The notes below the pieces were generated by a model. The model was not told the origin of the DNA, searched no databases, and worked only from the letters and a program-made list of their open reading frames with translations. From Myxococcota bacterium (lineage in GTDB: Bacteria > Myxococcota_A > Polyangia > Nannocystales > Nannocystaceae), in NCBI GenBank assembly GCA_039028615.1, contig JBCCHT010000037.1, forward strand, positions 1-64,000: a stretch of DNA of 64,000 nt. The letters are read 5' to 3'. Of this stretch, positions 40,250 through 52,102 are shown one piece after another; within the stretch, counting starts at the first letter, position 1, and the number at the start of each line of letters is the position of its first letter. A program made the translations under genes and the position numbers.

Positions 40250-42787
40250 ATGGTCGAGGCTTCCCTGGCGCGCACCCGGATCGACGACGCCCGAGCGCGC
40301 CTGCGCGAGCGACTCGCCACCGAGCGTGACGGCACGGCGCTGCTGGCCGACTACTCGTCGGCGGTCGAGCGCACGGTGGCGGAGCTGGCGGGCGAAGCGT
40401 TGACCGACGTGTCACCCCAGGCGGGCCGGCTAGTGCTGCTGGCGGTGGGAGCGTTGGCCCGGGCCGAGCTCGGACCCCATAGCGACCTCGACCTGGTGCT
40501 GCTGACCGCGCGCGAGGACGACCCCGAGTCGGTGATCGACGAGGTGGTGCGCCGAGTCTCCCATCCGCTGTGGGACGCGGGGCTGCGGGCGAACGTCCTG
40601 GTGCACACGCCGGACGCTTGGTTGGCGGGCGCGGCCGACGACCTGACCTTGTGTACCGAGCTGCTCGACGCCCGCCCGGTGGCGGGGGCGGAGGCGCTGT
40701 CGAGCGAGCTGCGCGAGCAGGCGCAGCGGCGCTTTTTCGGCGATGCGCGGGCGACCTTCCTGCAGCGCATCGAAGAAGAGAACCGAGAACGTCACGCGCG
40801 CTACGGCAGCACGGTCCACCTCGTGGAGCCCGATCTCAAGCAAGGTCCGGGTGGGTTTCGCGATTGGTCGGCGACCCGCTGGTGCCTACTGGCGACCCAC
40901 GGCACGGCCGACTTCGCTGTGCTGCAAGAGCAGGGGCATGTGGGACCGCGCCTGGCCGCGCTGCTGGAGGCGGCCTTGCGCTCGCTTTTGTGGCTGCGGG
41001 CGGCGCTGCAGCTGTCCGCCAAGCGAGGCCAAGACCGCCTGGTGTTCCAGTATCAGGAACTCATCCCGCCGCTCGTGGGGCTCTTGCCCGCCGAGCCCGT
41101 CGAGGATGCACAGCTGGTCTCGGCCATCGAGGAGGCCATGCAGATCTACTTCCGGGCGGCGCACGACATGCATCGCTACGGGGCGCGGGTGCGGGCGCGG
41201 TGCCAGCCCGCTCGCTTGGCTCCGCTGGCCGAGCCGCGGCGCCTCGACGAACGCTTTGCCGTGTCCGACGGGCAGCTGGTGCTCACCGACCCCGACGCCT
41301 TCCTCGAGTCGCCCGTGCTCGCTCTCGAGGCGCTGGCGTTGTCGCGCAGCCACGATGTCGAGCTTTCGGGGGAGACCTTCGACGCCATCGCCGAGGCGGC
41401 GGGCACCCCGGCCAGCACGCGGCTCGAGCACGAACCCGAAGCCCAGCGGCGCCTGCTCGATCTATTGGTCGAGCCCGAGGACATGGGGCGCCCGTCGGCG
41501 CTGGACCTGTGCAACGAGCTGCGGCTGATCGAGCGCTGCGTGCCGGAGTGGGGGCCGATTCGCGGCCGCATGCAGCACGACACCTATCACGTGTACACGG
41601 TCGATCGGCACACGCTCAACGCGGTGGGCATGCTCAAGCGCATCGCTCGGGGCGAGCACAACAAGGACTACCCGCTGGCCACCGCGCTGCACCTGGGTAT
41701 CGACGACCCGACGGTGCTCTACCTTTCGACGCTGGTGCACGACGCGGGCAAGGCCGAGGAGGGGGACCAGTGCGAGACGGGTGGGGTCATCGCCCGACGC
41801 GTGGCCGAGCGAGCCGGCTTCGGCCCGGCCGAGGTCGACCGCTGCGCGATGCTGGTGGCCGAGCACCTGTCGATGCCGCTGCTGAGCCAGAAACGGGACC
41901 TGAGCGACCCGCTGCTCATCGCGGAGTTCGGCGATCGCATCGCCGACCGTCGCACCCTGGCCGAGCTGTACCTGTTGTCGTTGGTCGACATGGCGAGCGT
42001 GCGCCCCGGCAATCTCAACTCGTGGAAGCTGACCCTGCTCGACGAGCTGTACCTGCTCACCTGTGCGTACTTGCGGCGCGGCAATCGGCGGCAGAGCGTC
42101 ACCCGCATCGCGCGGCCCGACGAGCCCGAGGGCATGCCCGATCGCTACTACAGCCTCTACGAGCGGGAGCTGCGGACGGGGCACTTCGCGCTGGCCGAGC
42201 GGCTGCACAGCGAGCAGCGACGAGTCTTGCTCGAGCTGACCCCGGCCTCGGGCAGCCTCCGCCTGACCATGGTGGCGCGCGATCGGCCGGGACTGCTGGC
42301 CCATGCCGCCGCCGTGTTCGACGAGTTCGGCGTGGAGGTCCTGGCGGCCGATGTCTTTACCCAGCCGACCGCGCCCGCGGTGGCCATCGACATTTTCCGC
42401 GTCGCGCCGCGGGACCCCTCGGGCATGGGCCTTCGCCCCGACACGGTGGCCGACATGGAGCGCGCGCTCGAGCAAGAACCGGACTCGGCCGCCGACGATA
42501 CGCCCGCTCGTGCCCGACGGCCCTGGGACAGCGGCCCGCGGGTGCCCACCACCATCGCGTTCGGGCGCGACCCCTCGGGAGAGCGCTGCATCGTCGACGT
42601 GCAGGCAGCTGAAGGGGCGGGCGTGCTGCGCAAGATCACCCGGGCCTTTGCCGAAGAGGGCCACGAGATCCTGCTGGCCCGTTGCGATACCGAGGCGGAT
42701 CGAGTGAGCGATGTGTTCTATGTAGGGCCCATGGACGAAGCGGCGCAGGCTCGGCTCCGCGAGCGGCTCGAGCACGACCTGCGCTAG
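40250..42787 (+). CDS. glnD: [Protein-PII] uridylyltransferase / uridylyl-removing enzyme
   Basis: NT domain ELGPHSDLDL, LWDAGL, EPDLKQGPGGFRD, HD domain YHVYTVDRH...LVHDAGK, ACT domains DRPGLL and RVSDVFYV. Confidence 0.88.
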   Translation: MVEASLARTRIDDARARLRERLATERDGTALLADYSSAVERTVAELAGEALTDVSPQAGRLVLLAVGALARAELGPHSDLDLVLLTAREDDPESVIDEVVRRVSHPLWDAGLRANVLVHTPDAWLAGAADDLTLCTELLDARPVAGAEALSSELREQAQRRFFGDARATFLQRIEEENRERHARYGSTVHLVEPDLKQGPGGFRDWSATRWCLLATHGTADFAVLQEQGHVGPRLAALLEAALRSLLWLRAALQLSAKRGQDRLVFQYQELIPPLVGLLPAEPVEDAQLVSAIEEAMQIYFRAAHDMHRYGARVRARCQPARLAPLAEPRRLDERFAVSDGQLVLTDPDAFLESPVLALEALALSRSHDVELSGETFDAIAEAAGTPASTRLEHEPEAQRRLLDLLVEPEDMGRPSALDLCNELRLIERCVPEWGPIRGRMQHDTYHVYTVDRHTLNAVGMLKRIARGEHNKDYPLATALHLGIDDPTVLYLSTLVHDAGKAEEGDQCETGGVIARRVAERAGFGPAEVDRCAMLVAEHLSMPLLSQKRDLSDPLLIAEFGDRIADRRTLAELYLLSLVDMASVRPGNLNSWKLTLLDELYLLTCAYLRRGNRRQSVTRIARPDEPEGMPDRYYSLYERELRTGHFALAERLHSEQRRVLLELTPASGSLRLTMVARDRPGLLAHAAAVFDEFGVEVLAADVFTQPTAPAVAIDIFRVAPRDPSGMGLRPDTVADMERALEQEPDSAADDTPARARRPWDSGPRVPTTIAFGRDPSGERCIVDVQAAEGAGVLRKITRAFAEEGHEILLARCDTEADRVSDVFYVGPMDEAAQARLRERLEHDLR

Positions 42788-42842
42788 TGGAAACCCGCTT
42801 CGGGTGTGGCATCCGGTCCACAGCCGCTCTAGCATCAACGCC

Positions 42843-43904
42843 GTGAAGCCCGTGCGCGCACTCGTGGTTCTGACGCTGGCCCTGGCCGGAGCGTGTGGCC
42901 CCCAGCAGCCATCCAACCCACCGGGTGAAGAGAGCGCGGCGCCGGCCGATCCCATCGATCGCGCCCATCAGCTGATGGAGGAGGGCAAGCCGGCCGAGGC
43001 TCAGGCGGTCGTCGAAGAGGCGCTGGCGGAAAGCCCCGACGACGCCGAGCTGTGGTTCAGCAAGGGCGTCGCCCAGCGGGCGCAAGATCAACCGGATGCC
43101 GCGGTGGAGTCGTGGGAAAAGGCCATCGAGCTCAATCCCGAGCTGGTGGCGCCGCGCCATGGCCTCGCGGCGCTGCGGCTCGAGGCGGGCGACTTCGCGG
43201 CCGCGGTGGATGCCTACGCTGAGATTCTCCAGATCGAGCCCGACTTCAAGGACGCGCACTACAACCTGGGGCTCGCGTTGCTGGGCATGGGCGAGACCGA
43301 CAAGGCCCGGGGCGCGCTGCAAAACGCCCTGCGCCTCGACCCCGAGGATCCCGATGTGGCGGCGGAGCTCGGTCGCATCTATGCGCTCGAAGGCAAGCTG
43401 AAGGAGGCGGTCGAGCTCATCGGCCCGGCCGCGGCCAAGGCCACCGACGACGCGGCGATCCAGGCGACCTACGGGTGGCTGCTCGAGCGGCTCAAGCGCT
43501 TCGAGGAAGCGGCCACGCACTTCGAGCGTGCGGTCCAGCTGATGCCCGAAGACGACGACGCACGGCAGGGCCTCGCCCGCTCGTGGATGCGCATGGGCAA
43601 GGTCGAGGAAGCGGCGGCGGAGCTCGAGGGCGTCGCCCAGCGTCGGCCCGATGATCCCAGCGTGTGGCTGGCGTTGGGCAGCGCGTGGGGGAAATTGGGG
43701 CGCAACGACGATGCGGTCACCGCCTTCGACAAGGCGATCGAGCTGGCCCCCACCATGCAGTCGGCCCACGTGCAGAAGATCGGGGCGCTGGTGCTGGCCG
43801 ATCGCTGCAAGGAGGCCAAGCAGGCCCACAAGAAGCTGAAGAAGCAGGGGCCGAGCGACCGCGCCAAGCGGGCGGTCAAAAATGCGATGAAGCCCTGCGG
43901 GTGA
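42843..43904 (+). CDS. TPR-repeat lipoprotein
   Basis: Lipobox AGAC; about 8 TPR units (e.g. AHYNLGLALLGMGETDKARGALQNALRLDP). Confidence 0.85.
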   Translation: MKPVRALVVLTLALAGACGPQQPSNPPGEESAAPADPIDRAHQLMEEGKPAEAQAVVEEALAESPDDAELWFSKGVAQRAQDQPDAAVESWEKAIELNPELVAPRHGLAALRLEAGDFAAAVDAYAEILQIEPDFKDAHYNLGLALLGMGETDKARGALQNALRLDPEDPDVAAELGRIYALEGKLKEAVELIGPAAAKATDDAAIQATYGWLLERLKRFEEAATHFERAVQLMPEDDDARQGLARSWMRMGKVEEAAAELEGVAQRRPDDPSVWLALGSAWGKLGRNDDAVTAFDKAIELAPTMQSAHVQKIGALVLADRCKEAKQAHKKLKKQGPSDRAKRAVKNAMKPCG

Positions 43905-43922
43905 CCGAGGGCCGAGTGCTCG

Positions 43923-45395
43923 TCAGGGCAGGGTGAGCCCGCCCCCGACCAGCAAGGCCAGCGCGACCCACAGTGCCAGCGTCACCACCCCGGCAAGAAC
44001 CAGCGGCACGACCCGCGGGGCGGGCCGAGGCGCGGGCGAGCGCATGACGGCCGAACCCGCGGCCGCGATGGGCTGCGACGCGGACTCACTGGCGGCGTAG
44101 GACGACGCGACGGGGACGCGCGGATCGACCTCCAGCGCGGGGGAGGGGAGCACGTCCGGCAGGATGATCTCGCCGCTCGCCTGCGTGGGGACCGGGGTCG
44201 GTATGGCCGCCGATTCGGGGGAGGCCTCGGGCACGGCCACGGGCACTGGTTCGGTACCCACCGACGAGGGAGACGCGGGCGGAGGGTCGGTGTCCGCCAG
44301 CGAGGGGGACGACTCGCCCGCAGGCCGTAGCGCGTCCGTCAGGGCTCGCCGAGCCTCGCTCGCGTCGGTGTAGCGGTCTTCGGGGGCGTGCGCGGTCAAT
44401 CCTGCGACCACGGCGGCGAGGGCCGGGGGCACGTGGTCGTCCATGGGAGGCACGGACGCGGTGATTCGCCGATGCACGAGGGCGAGCACGTCGTCGCCGT
44501 CGAAGGCCGGCGTACCCATGAGCATCTCGTAGAGGATGAGCCCGGTGGAGTACAGGTCGGAGCGCAGCGTGGCGTCGTCGCCCCGTGCTTGCTCCGGGCT
44601 CATGTACTGCGGGGTCCCGAAGATCGTACCCACCGTGGTGAGGCGCTTTTTGTCGTTGGGCATCCGGGCCTTGGCGATGCCGAAGTCGAGCAGCTTCACG
44701 ACCCAGGGCTCGCCGTCGCCGCGCACGACCAGGACGTTCTCCGGCTTCACGTCGCGATGCACGATGCCCCAGCTGTGCGCGTGGTGGAGAGCATCGAGCA
44801 GCTGATCGGCGATGGAGACCGCGACCTCGGGGGTGAGGCGGTTGCCCAGGGCGCTGCACAGCTCGACGCCCTCGACCAGCGGCATGACGAAGTAGCTGAG
44901 CTCCTCGTCCTCGTCGACGTCGGTGATGGCGACACAGCCGATGTGCTCGAGCTTGGAGGCCATGAGAGCCTCGCGTTCGAAGCGGCTGCGGATGTTGGGG
45001 TTGCAGCCGAGCTCCTCGTGCAGGATTTTGATGGCGACCGCCTTGTTCAGGGCGATGCGGGTGCCTCGGAACACGCCCCCGGTCATGCCGAAGCCCAGCG
45101 GCTTCTCCACCCGATAGCGACCGTTGAGCACGCGACCTTCGAGCTCGGCCGCCCACTCGTCGAGGGCCCCCTGGTCGTGCGCGGCCAAGACCGTGCGATT
45201 GGGCTTGCTCGGGGTCCGCTTCATCGGCTCGGCCGCACGAGCGCGCACCATGGGCCCCGAGGGCGGCCGGGATGTGCGGGCAGGCGGGCGTCGCGGGGCG
45301 GCCCGTAGCTCCTTCGAGGTGCTTCGCAGGGCCCCAGAGCCCACGGGAAGGGTCTGCAGGCGAGGAGGGCGGTCGGTGAGTGGAGCCATGGTCAT
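43923..45395 (-). CDS. Eukaryote-like Ser/Thr protein kinase with Pro-rich linker and C-terminal TM; start uncertain
   Basis: VAIK, RFEREA, HRDVKPEN, DFG, GTPQYMSPE, DLYSTG; hydrophobic C-terminus. Confidence 0.88.
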   Translation of the reverse strand: MTMAPLTDRPPRLQTLPVGSGALRSTSKELRAAPRRPPARTSRPPSGPMVRARAAEPMKRTPSKPNRTVLAAHDQGALDEWAAELEGRVLNGRYRVEKPLGFGMTGGVFRGTRIALNKAVAIKILHEELGCNPNIRSRFEREALMASKLEHIGCVAITDVDEDEELSYFVMPLVEGVELCSALGNRLTPEVAVSIADQLLDALHHAHSWGIVHRDVKPENVLVVRGDGEPWVVKLLDFGIAKARMPNDKKRLTTVGTIFGTPQYMSPEQARGDDATLRSDLYSTGLILYEMLMGTPAFDGDDVLALVHRRITASVPPMDDHVPPALAAVVAGLTAHAPEDRYTDASEARRALTDALRPAGESSPSLADTDPPPASPSSVGTEPVPVAVPEASPESAAIPTPVPTQASGEIILPDVLPSPALEVDPRVPVASSYAASESASQPIAAAGSAVMRSPAPRPAPRVVPLVLAGVVTLALWVALALLVGGGLTLP

Positions 45396-45889
45396 TGCCG
45401 TGGTGGCCGGGAAAAGAGGGAGACCCGGGCTGCAGTCGGGTACGGACTGTGGGAACGAACTGCAGCCACGGGTCTCCAAAGAGAACCGGCTTGGGTCTCG
45501 ATAAGCCAGGCCAAGGAGCGCACCACGCCTCGGGAGGGAGTGCGGATCTCCATGTTTGGTTGGAAATTAGCCTCGGTTCGAGGGGAGGCCGGGAAGCGAA
45601 TTTTCGATCCCTCGAACCTCGACGTCATGCGTGGTGCTGAAAAATGTGTACGTTGGTGCTCCCAAGTATGTCAAGCATGTGGGGTTGGTTGCATGAATTC
45701 TATAATTTTCGAGAGCGCGATTCGTAGGACTCGAAGCGGCCCATACAGGGGCTCGGGCTGCCTCGGAGGCGGGGCTGACCTGGACTCAGTAGCCCGCGGG
45801 TAGTCCTTGAATACGGTGTTATTTCGAGAATCCTCCGTCCGGTTGGGGTCCTCGCTCGTCCTTTCCCCTACGGGCTGTTTCGACCGGAG

Positions 45890-45929
45890 TTCAATTGTTG
45901 AATTGTGCAGTTGTTCAATTCTTCAATTG
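45890..45929. repeat. Five tandem 8-bp direct repeats, consensus TTCAATTG
   Basis: TTCAATTG TTGAATTG TGCAGTTG TTCAATTC TTCAATTG, contiguous, in an AT-rich patch. Confidence 0.85.
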
Positions 45930-46415
45930 GCGATCGGATTGTGTCGACTTTTGTCGCTGTCAGAGTGTGATTTCCGTCGCGGTGGCATGCGCCCCGTGCC
46001 CGGTGATCTGCGGCCCCGCGGGTGGGTCCGATCGGGAGTGAGCCCGTCGTCGGGGGCGAGGGTCGACGCGATGTGCCAGCGGTTCGATTGACCGCTCGAT
46101 CGAACGCGTCGCCATCCGCCCCGAGGTCGCCTCGCGTGGTCCGGGGTCGGAGCGTCGGCCCCCGGTGTGCCGAGCGCCGGAGGGGTCGTCGCGGGGCCGG
46201 GCTTCACGCGACACGTCTGGACCTGCGCGAGTCCCGACCCGGGAGATCGCGCCCGGAGGGTGGCGCACCCACCGCAACCGCCGAAACCGCGCCGCAGGCC
46301 CAAGAGCGTTGCGAGCGCCATTTGGCGACCACAGGCCCTACGAGGACCGTCGGCGGACGCACGTCGACGGGGGTTCTCGCGCGCGCCGTCGCCCCTATAC
46401 TTCCGCAAATTCACG

Positions 46416-47894
<1,479 letters not shown>

Positions 47895-47896
47895 AC

Positions 47897-49447
47897 GTGA
47901 CCGCCGCGCACGAGACCCTCATCGTCATCGACTTCGGATCCCAAGTCACCCAGCTCATCGCCCGCCGAGTGCGTGAGCAGGGGGTCTACGCCGAGATTCT
48001 GCCCTGCGACGCCCCGCTGTCGCGCATCGCCGACAAAAAGCCCAAGGGCATCATCCTCAGCGGCGGGCCTTCGTCCATCTTCGACGAGGGGGCACCGCGG
48101 GTCGACGAGGGCGTGTTCGAGCTGGGCGTGCCCGTGCTCGGGATTTGTTACGGCCTGTACATGCTGGTCGACGCGCTGGGCGGCAACGTCGAGCCTTCGG
48201 ACTCGCACGAGTACGGGGCGGCCGACGTCGAGGTGCTGAAGGCCGTGGGCCCCTTGGCGCCGCTGGCCGCGGGCAGCTCCGAGCGGGTGTGGATGTCGCA
48301 CGGCGACCAGGTCACCGCGCTACCGGGTGGGTTCGAGACGGTGGGGCGGTCGAAGAACTGCCCCCACGCGGCGATCGTGAACGCGGAGCGCCGCTTTTGG
48401 GGCGTGCAGTTCCATCCCGAGGTCGTCCACACCCCGCGCGGGGCCGAGATCCTCGGGGCCTTCGTCGACCAGTGTGGCTTCGCCCGCGACTGGAGCATGT
48501 CCCGCTTCGTCGAGGAGGCGGTCGCTCGCATTCGCGAGCAGGTCGGCGACACGGGCAACGTGCTGTGCGGGCTGTCCGGGGGGGTCGACTCCTCGGTGGC
48601 GGCGATGCTCGTGGAGAAGGCGGTCGGAGACCGGCTGCGCTGCGTGTTCGTCGACAACGGCCTGTGCCGCAAGGACGAGCGGGCCGAGGTCGAGCGCATG
48701 TTCGAGGGACGCCTGGCCAACCCGCTGGTGGCGGCCGACGGCAGCCAGCGCTTCCTGGATGCCCTGGCGGGCGTCTCCGACCCCGAGGTCAAGCGCAAGC
48801 GCATCGGCGCCACCTTCATCGACGTGTTCGACGAGGAGGCCAAGAAGCTGGGCGGGGCCGACTTCCTCGTGCAGGGCACCCTGTATCCCGACGTCATCGA
48901 GAGCGTGTCGTTCAAGGGCCCGTCGGCGACCATCAAGACCCATCACAACGTGGGCGGCCTGCCCGAGCGCATGAAGATGGACGTGGTCGAGCCGCTGCGC
49001 GAGCTGTTCAAGGACGAGGTGCGGCGCCTGGGGCTGTCGCTCGGCCTGCCCGAGGACATGATCTGGCGTCATCCCTTCCCGGGGCCCGGCCTGGCCGTGC
49101 GCGTGCTGGGCGAGGTGACCAAGGAGCGCTGCGACCTGCTGCGCGAGGCGGACGCGATCATCATCGAGGAGATCCGCGAGGCCGGCCTCTACCGTCAGCT
49201 GTGGCAGGTCTTCGGCGTGCTGCTGCCCGTCAAGAGCGTGGGGGTCATGGGCGACGGCCGGACCTACGAAAACGCCCTGGCCGTGCGCGCGGTGGAGAGC
49301 ACCGATGCCATGACCGCCGACTGGGCGCGGCTGCCCTACGACGTGCTCGGCAAGATTTCCAACCGGATCATCAACGAGGTCCGGGGCATCAACCGCGTCT
49401 GCTACGACATCAGCAGCAAGCCGCCGGCCACCATCGAGTGGGAGTAG
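47897..49447 (+). CDS. guaA: GMP synthase (glutamine-hydrolysing)
   Basis: [50 protein letters not shown]. Confidence 0.97.
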   Translation: MTAAHETLIVIDFGSQVTQLIARRVREQGVYAEILPCDAPLSRIADKKPKGIILSGGPSSIFDEGAPRVDEGVFELGVPVLGICYGLYMLVDALGGNVEPSDSHEYGAADVEVLKAVGPLAPLAAGSSERVWMSHGDQVTALPGGFETVGRSKNCPHAAIVNAERRFWGVQFHPEVVHTPRGAEILGAFVDQCGFARDWSMSRFVEEAVARIREQVGDTGNVLCGLSGGVDSSVAAMLVEKAVGDRLRCVFVDNGLCRKDERAEVERMFEGRLANPLVAADGSQRFLDALAGVSDPEVKRKRIGATFIDVFDEEAKKLGGADFLVQGTLYPDVIESVSFKGPSATIKTHHNVGGLPERMKMDVVEPLRELFKDEVRRLGLSLGLPEDMIWRHPFPGPGLAVRVLGEVTKERCDLLREADAIIIEEIREAGLYRQLWQVFGVLLPVKSVGVMGDGRTYENALAVRAVESTDAMTADWARLPYDVLGKISNRIINEVRGINRVCYDISSKPPATIEWE

Positions 49448-49451
49448 CGCG

Positions 49452-50540
49452 ATGGCCCGGGTTCGTCACGACGATGCCGAGCCCGGCGGCGGCAGCAACA
49501 AGGCGGCCGCCGAGCGCCAGCTCGTCGACGGTCAGGCGGCGCCCGGCGACGTCGAGTCGGCGCCCGGTATTCGCCCGCAGCGCTTCTCCGAGTACATCGG
49601 CCAGACCGAGCTGAAGAAGAAGCTCGAGGTCTTCGTGGCCGCCGCCAAGCAGCGTGGCGAGCCGCTGGACCACACGCTGCTGCACGGGCCGCCCGGGCTC
49701 GGCAAGACCACGATGGCGCAGATCCTGGCCACCGAGCTCGGGGTCCAGATCCACATCAGCTCGGGGCCCGCCATCGAGCACAAGGGCGTGCTCGCCGGGC
49801 ACCTCACCGCGCTCGGTGAGGGCGACGTGCTGTTCATCGACGAGATCCATCGCCTCACCCCCGCGGTCGAGGAGAGCATGTACTCGGCGATGGAGGACGG
49901 GCGCATCGACCTGCCCGTGGGGGAGGGCAGCCGCGCGCGGACCATGCCCTTCAACCTCGCGCCCTTCACCCTGGTGGGGGCGACGACGCGAACCGGCCTG
50001 CTCTCGGCGCCGCTGCGTGAGCGCTTCCAGATCATCGAGGGCATCGAGTTCTACTCCGACGCCGAGCTGGCGCAGATCGTCCAGCGCACCGCGAAGCTCC
50101 TGGGCATGCCGGCCACGTCTGCGGGCGCCAAGGAGATCGGCCGGCGCAGCCGCGGCACGCCCCGTATCGCCAACCGCATCACGCGACGGGTCCGGGACTT
50201 CGCCCAGGTGCGCGGCCGCGAGGGCATCGACGCCGAGGACGCCGAGTATGCGCTCCAGCAGCTCGGCATCGACCGGGCGGGGCTCGACTCCATCGACCGG
50301 CGCATCCTCGGCGCCATCATGGGGCAGTTCGACGGCGGCCCGGTGGGTATCGACGCCCTGGCCGCCACGCTGAGCGAGCCTCGCGACACCCTCGAGGACG
50401 TCTACGAGCCCTTCCTGCTCCAGCGCGGGTTCCTGGTGCGGACGCCTCGGGGCCGCATGGTCACGAGGAAGGCCCGCAATCACATCGGGCGCGACGCCAA
50501 AGACCCCGAGGACGACTCCCAGGGCTCGCTCGACCTCTGA
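49452..50540 (+). CDS. ruvB: Holliday junction branch migration helicase RuvB
   Basis: IRP..F.EYIGQ, GPPGLGKTT, FIDEIHRL, FTLVGATTR, RGTPRIANR, GGPVG, YEPFL, RTPRGR. Confidence 0.96.
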   Translation: MARVRHDDAEPGGGSNKAAAERQLVDGQAAPGDVESAPGIRPQRFSEYIGQTELKKKLEVFVAAAKQRGEPLDHTLLHGPPGLGKTTMAQILATELGVQIHISSGPAIEHKGVLAGHLTALGEGDVLFIDEIHRLTPAVEESMYSAMEDGRIDLPVGEGSRARTMPFNLAPFTLVGATTRTGLLSAPLRERFQIIEGIEFYSDAELAQIVQRTAKLLGMPATSAGAKEIGRRSRGTPRIANRITRRVRDFAQVRGREGIDAEDAEYALQQLGIDRAGLDSIDRRILGAIMGQFDGGPVGIDALAATLSEPRDTLEDVYEPFLLQRGFLVRTPRGRMVTRKARNHIGRDAKDPEDDSQGSLDL

Positions 50541-50581
50541 GTCCCGCGGGCAGCCACGGCGCGATCGGGTAGGATCGATCG

Positions 50582-51568
50582 ATGGTCCGCGCGGGACGGT
50601 GGGTGCTCTCGGTCTCGATGGTCTGGATGACCTCGAACGCCGCGCACGCGACGGAGGCGTGCTCGCCCGTGCGTGCTCGTCCCGCGCCTTCGGAGCCGGC
50701 CCTCCTGCAGGTGCCCCCCGATCTCGCGGTCTTGTGCCTGCCGGACCCGGTCGAGCTCGCGCCCGTGCTCGGAGTCGGCGAGCCGCTGCCGTTTTCGTGC
50801 GAGGGGCGGTGTCGCCTGAACGACGAGCCCGCGGAGGGCATCTACCGCATCGAAGCGGATGGCCAGCTGCGCCGTGTCGTGCGGCGGGAGCAGCTGTGGC
50901 ACACGATCGAGCCGGGAGACTCCGCTGTCCGCAAGCTGGCGCTCGGGCCCGCGGTGCCCATGGTCGCCCGGGCGGAGGCCGGGGAGTGTGTTGCGCTGCC
51001 CGAGGGCATGTCGCTGTCGGTCGGCGAGACCCATGTGGCCGTGTCGCAGGCCCACGCCGCGGTGCTGGAGGTCGTCGAGGGACGCACGGATGCGCCCGCC
51101 GCCCCGAAGCTCCGGCCGCAGCAGCCACGGTTCGAAGGCATCGCGTGCCGGGACCACGGGGTCTACCTGTGGGAGGGGCGGCCGAAGACCGGCCTGCTGC
51201 GTTGGCGGGTGCTCGCGTCCGACGGAACGACGGAAATCGTGGCCCCGTGGATCTCGCACGGACTGCAGCTCGCCGGGTTCGAGGAGGACGAGGCCAAGGC
51301 GGGCGAGCTCGTGATCGGGCGTCACTACGTGGTCGAAGCCCAGGCGATCACGCGCGACGGCCGAATCTCACCGCCGACCCGCATCGAGTTCGACCTACGG
51401 CAGACGGGCGAGGGCGACCCGGCCCCGGGTCAGTGGTCCTTCATCGTGTGGGCCGCGATGATGCTCGGCATTGCCTTGCTCGCACTGTTGGGGCTGGTCG
51501 GGGCGATCGCCCTGGTAGTGCTCGTCGTGATCCGATTGCGTGGCCGTCGATCGCGGACCCCTGGCTGA
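50582..51568 (+). CDS. Exported hypothetical protein with C-terminal membrane anchor
   Basis: Signal-like N-terminus; beta-rich (FN3-like YVVEAQAI..DGRIS); long C-terminal hydrophobic stretch followed by Arg residues. Confidence 0.6.
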   Translation: MVRAGRWVLSVSMVWMTSNAAHATEACSPVRARPAPSEPALLQVPPDLAVLCLPDPVELAPVLGVGEPLPFSCEGRCRLNDEPAEGIYRIEADGQLRRVVRREQLWHTIEPGDSAVRKLALGPAVPMVARAEAGECVALPEGMSLSVGETHVAVSQAHAAVLEVVEGRTDAPAAPKLRPQQPRFEGIACRDHGVYLWEGRPKTGLLRWRVLASDGTTEIVAPWISHGLQLAGFEEDEAKAGELVIGRHYVVEAQAITRDGRISPPTRIEFDLRQTGEGDPAPGQWSFIVWAAMMLGIALLALLGLVGAIALVVLVVIRLRGRRSRTPG

Positions 51569-51596
51569 AGCCGCGACCGTCGGGCCTTCGAAACGG

Positions 51597-51633
51597 AAAA
51601 CGGCCGCCTCGGTTGTCCGAGGGCGGCCGCTTT
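51597..51633. terminator. Probable bidirectional terminator
   Basis: AAAA-CGGCCGCCTCGG-TTGT-CCGAGGGCGGCCG-CTTT between convergent genes. Confidence 0.65.
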
Positions 51634-51685
51634 GCCGTGGGCCGGGGTGGTGGTGTCGGCCCGAAGGGTGAAAAAGTGAGAGGGT

Positions 51686-52102
51686 TTATTCGCCGTCGAC
51701 GAGCTTGGTGAAGTCGTCGGTCAACGCTTCGAGCTTGGTCTCGAGATCCTTGTCCTTCGCAGCTTCCATCATCAGCTCGATCTGCAGTCCGGCAACCTTG
51801 ATGCCGGCCTCGGTGCGGACCTTGTTGACGTTGGCGGCGGTCTCCTCGGAAACCTGGAAGCCACGAAGCTCCATGATCTCCTTCATCTTGGGCGCGAGGT
51901 CGCCACGCTTGCTCTTGAGCATCTCGTGAGCAGCCTCGACGCTCTTGGTGTCCTTGCCTTCCTTGACCTTGGCGACGATGTCGTCGGCGAGCTTGTTGAG
52001 CTCATTGACGGTCTCGTTGGCGAAGTCGTCCTTCTTGCAGGCCCCGAGGGCGAGCACGATGGTGAGCAAGAAGGTGTACAGCGTGAGGGTGCGTGCAGCC
52101 AT
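51686..52102 (-). CDS. Small helical lipoprotein
   Basis: Lipobox LGAC-KK; strongly biased codons. Confidence 0.8.
   Translation of the reverse strand: MAARTLTLYTFLLTIVLALGACKKDDFANETVNELNKLADDIVAKVKEGKDTKSVEAAHEMLKSKRGDLAPKMKEIMELRGFQVSEETAANVNKVRTEAGIKVAGLQIELMMEAAKDKDLETKLEALTDDFTKLVDGE

Noticed and set aside
45640..45970. Replication origin (AT-rich patch with repeats)
   Set aside because: No clear DnaA boxes (TTATCCACA-like) were seen, and no dnaA, rep or par gene is nearby.
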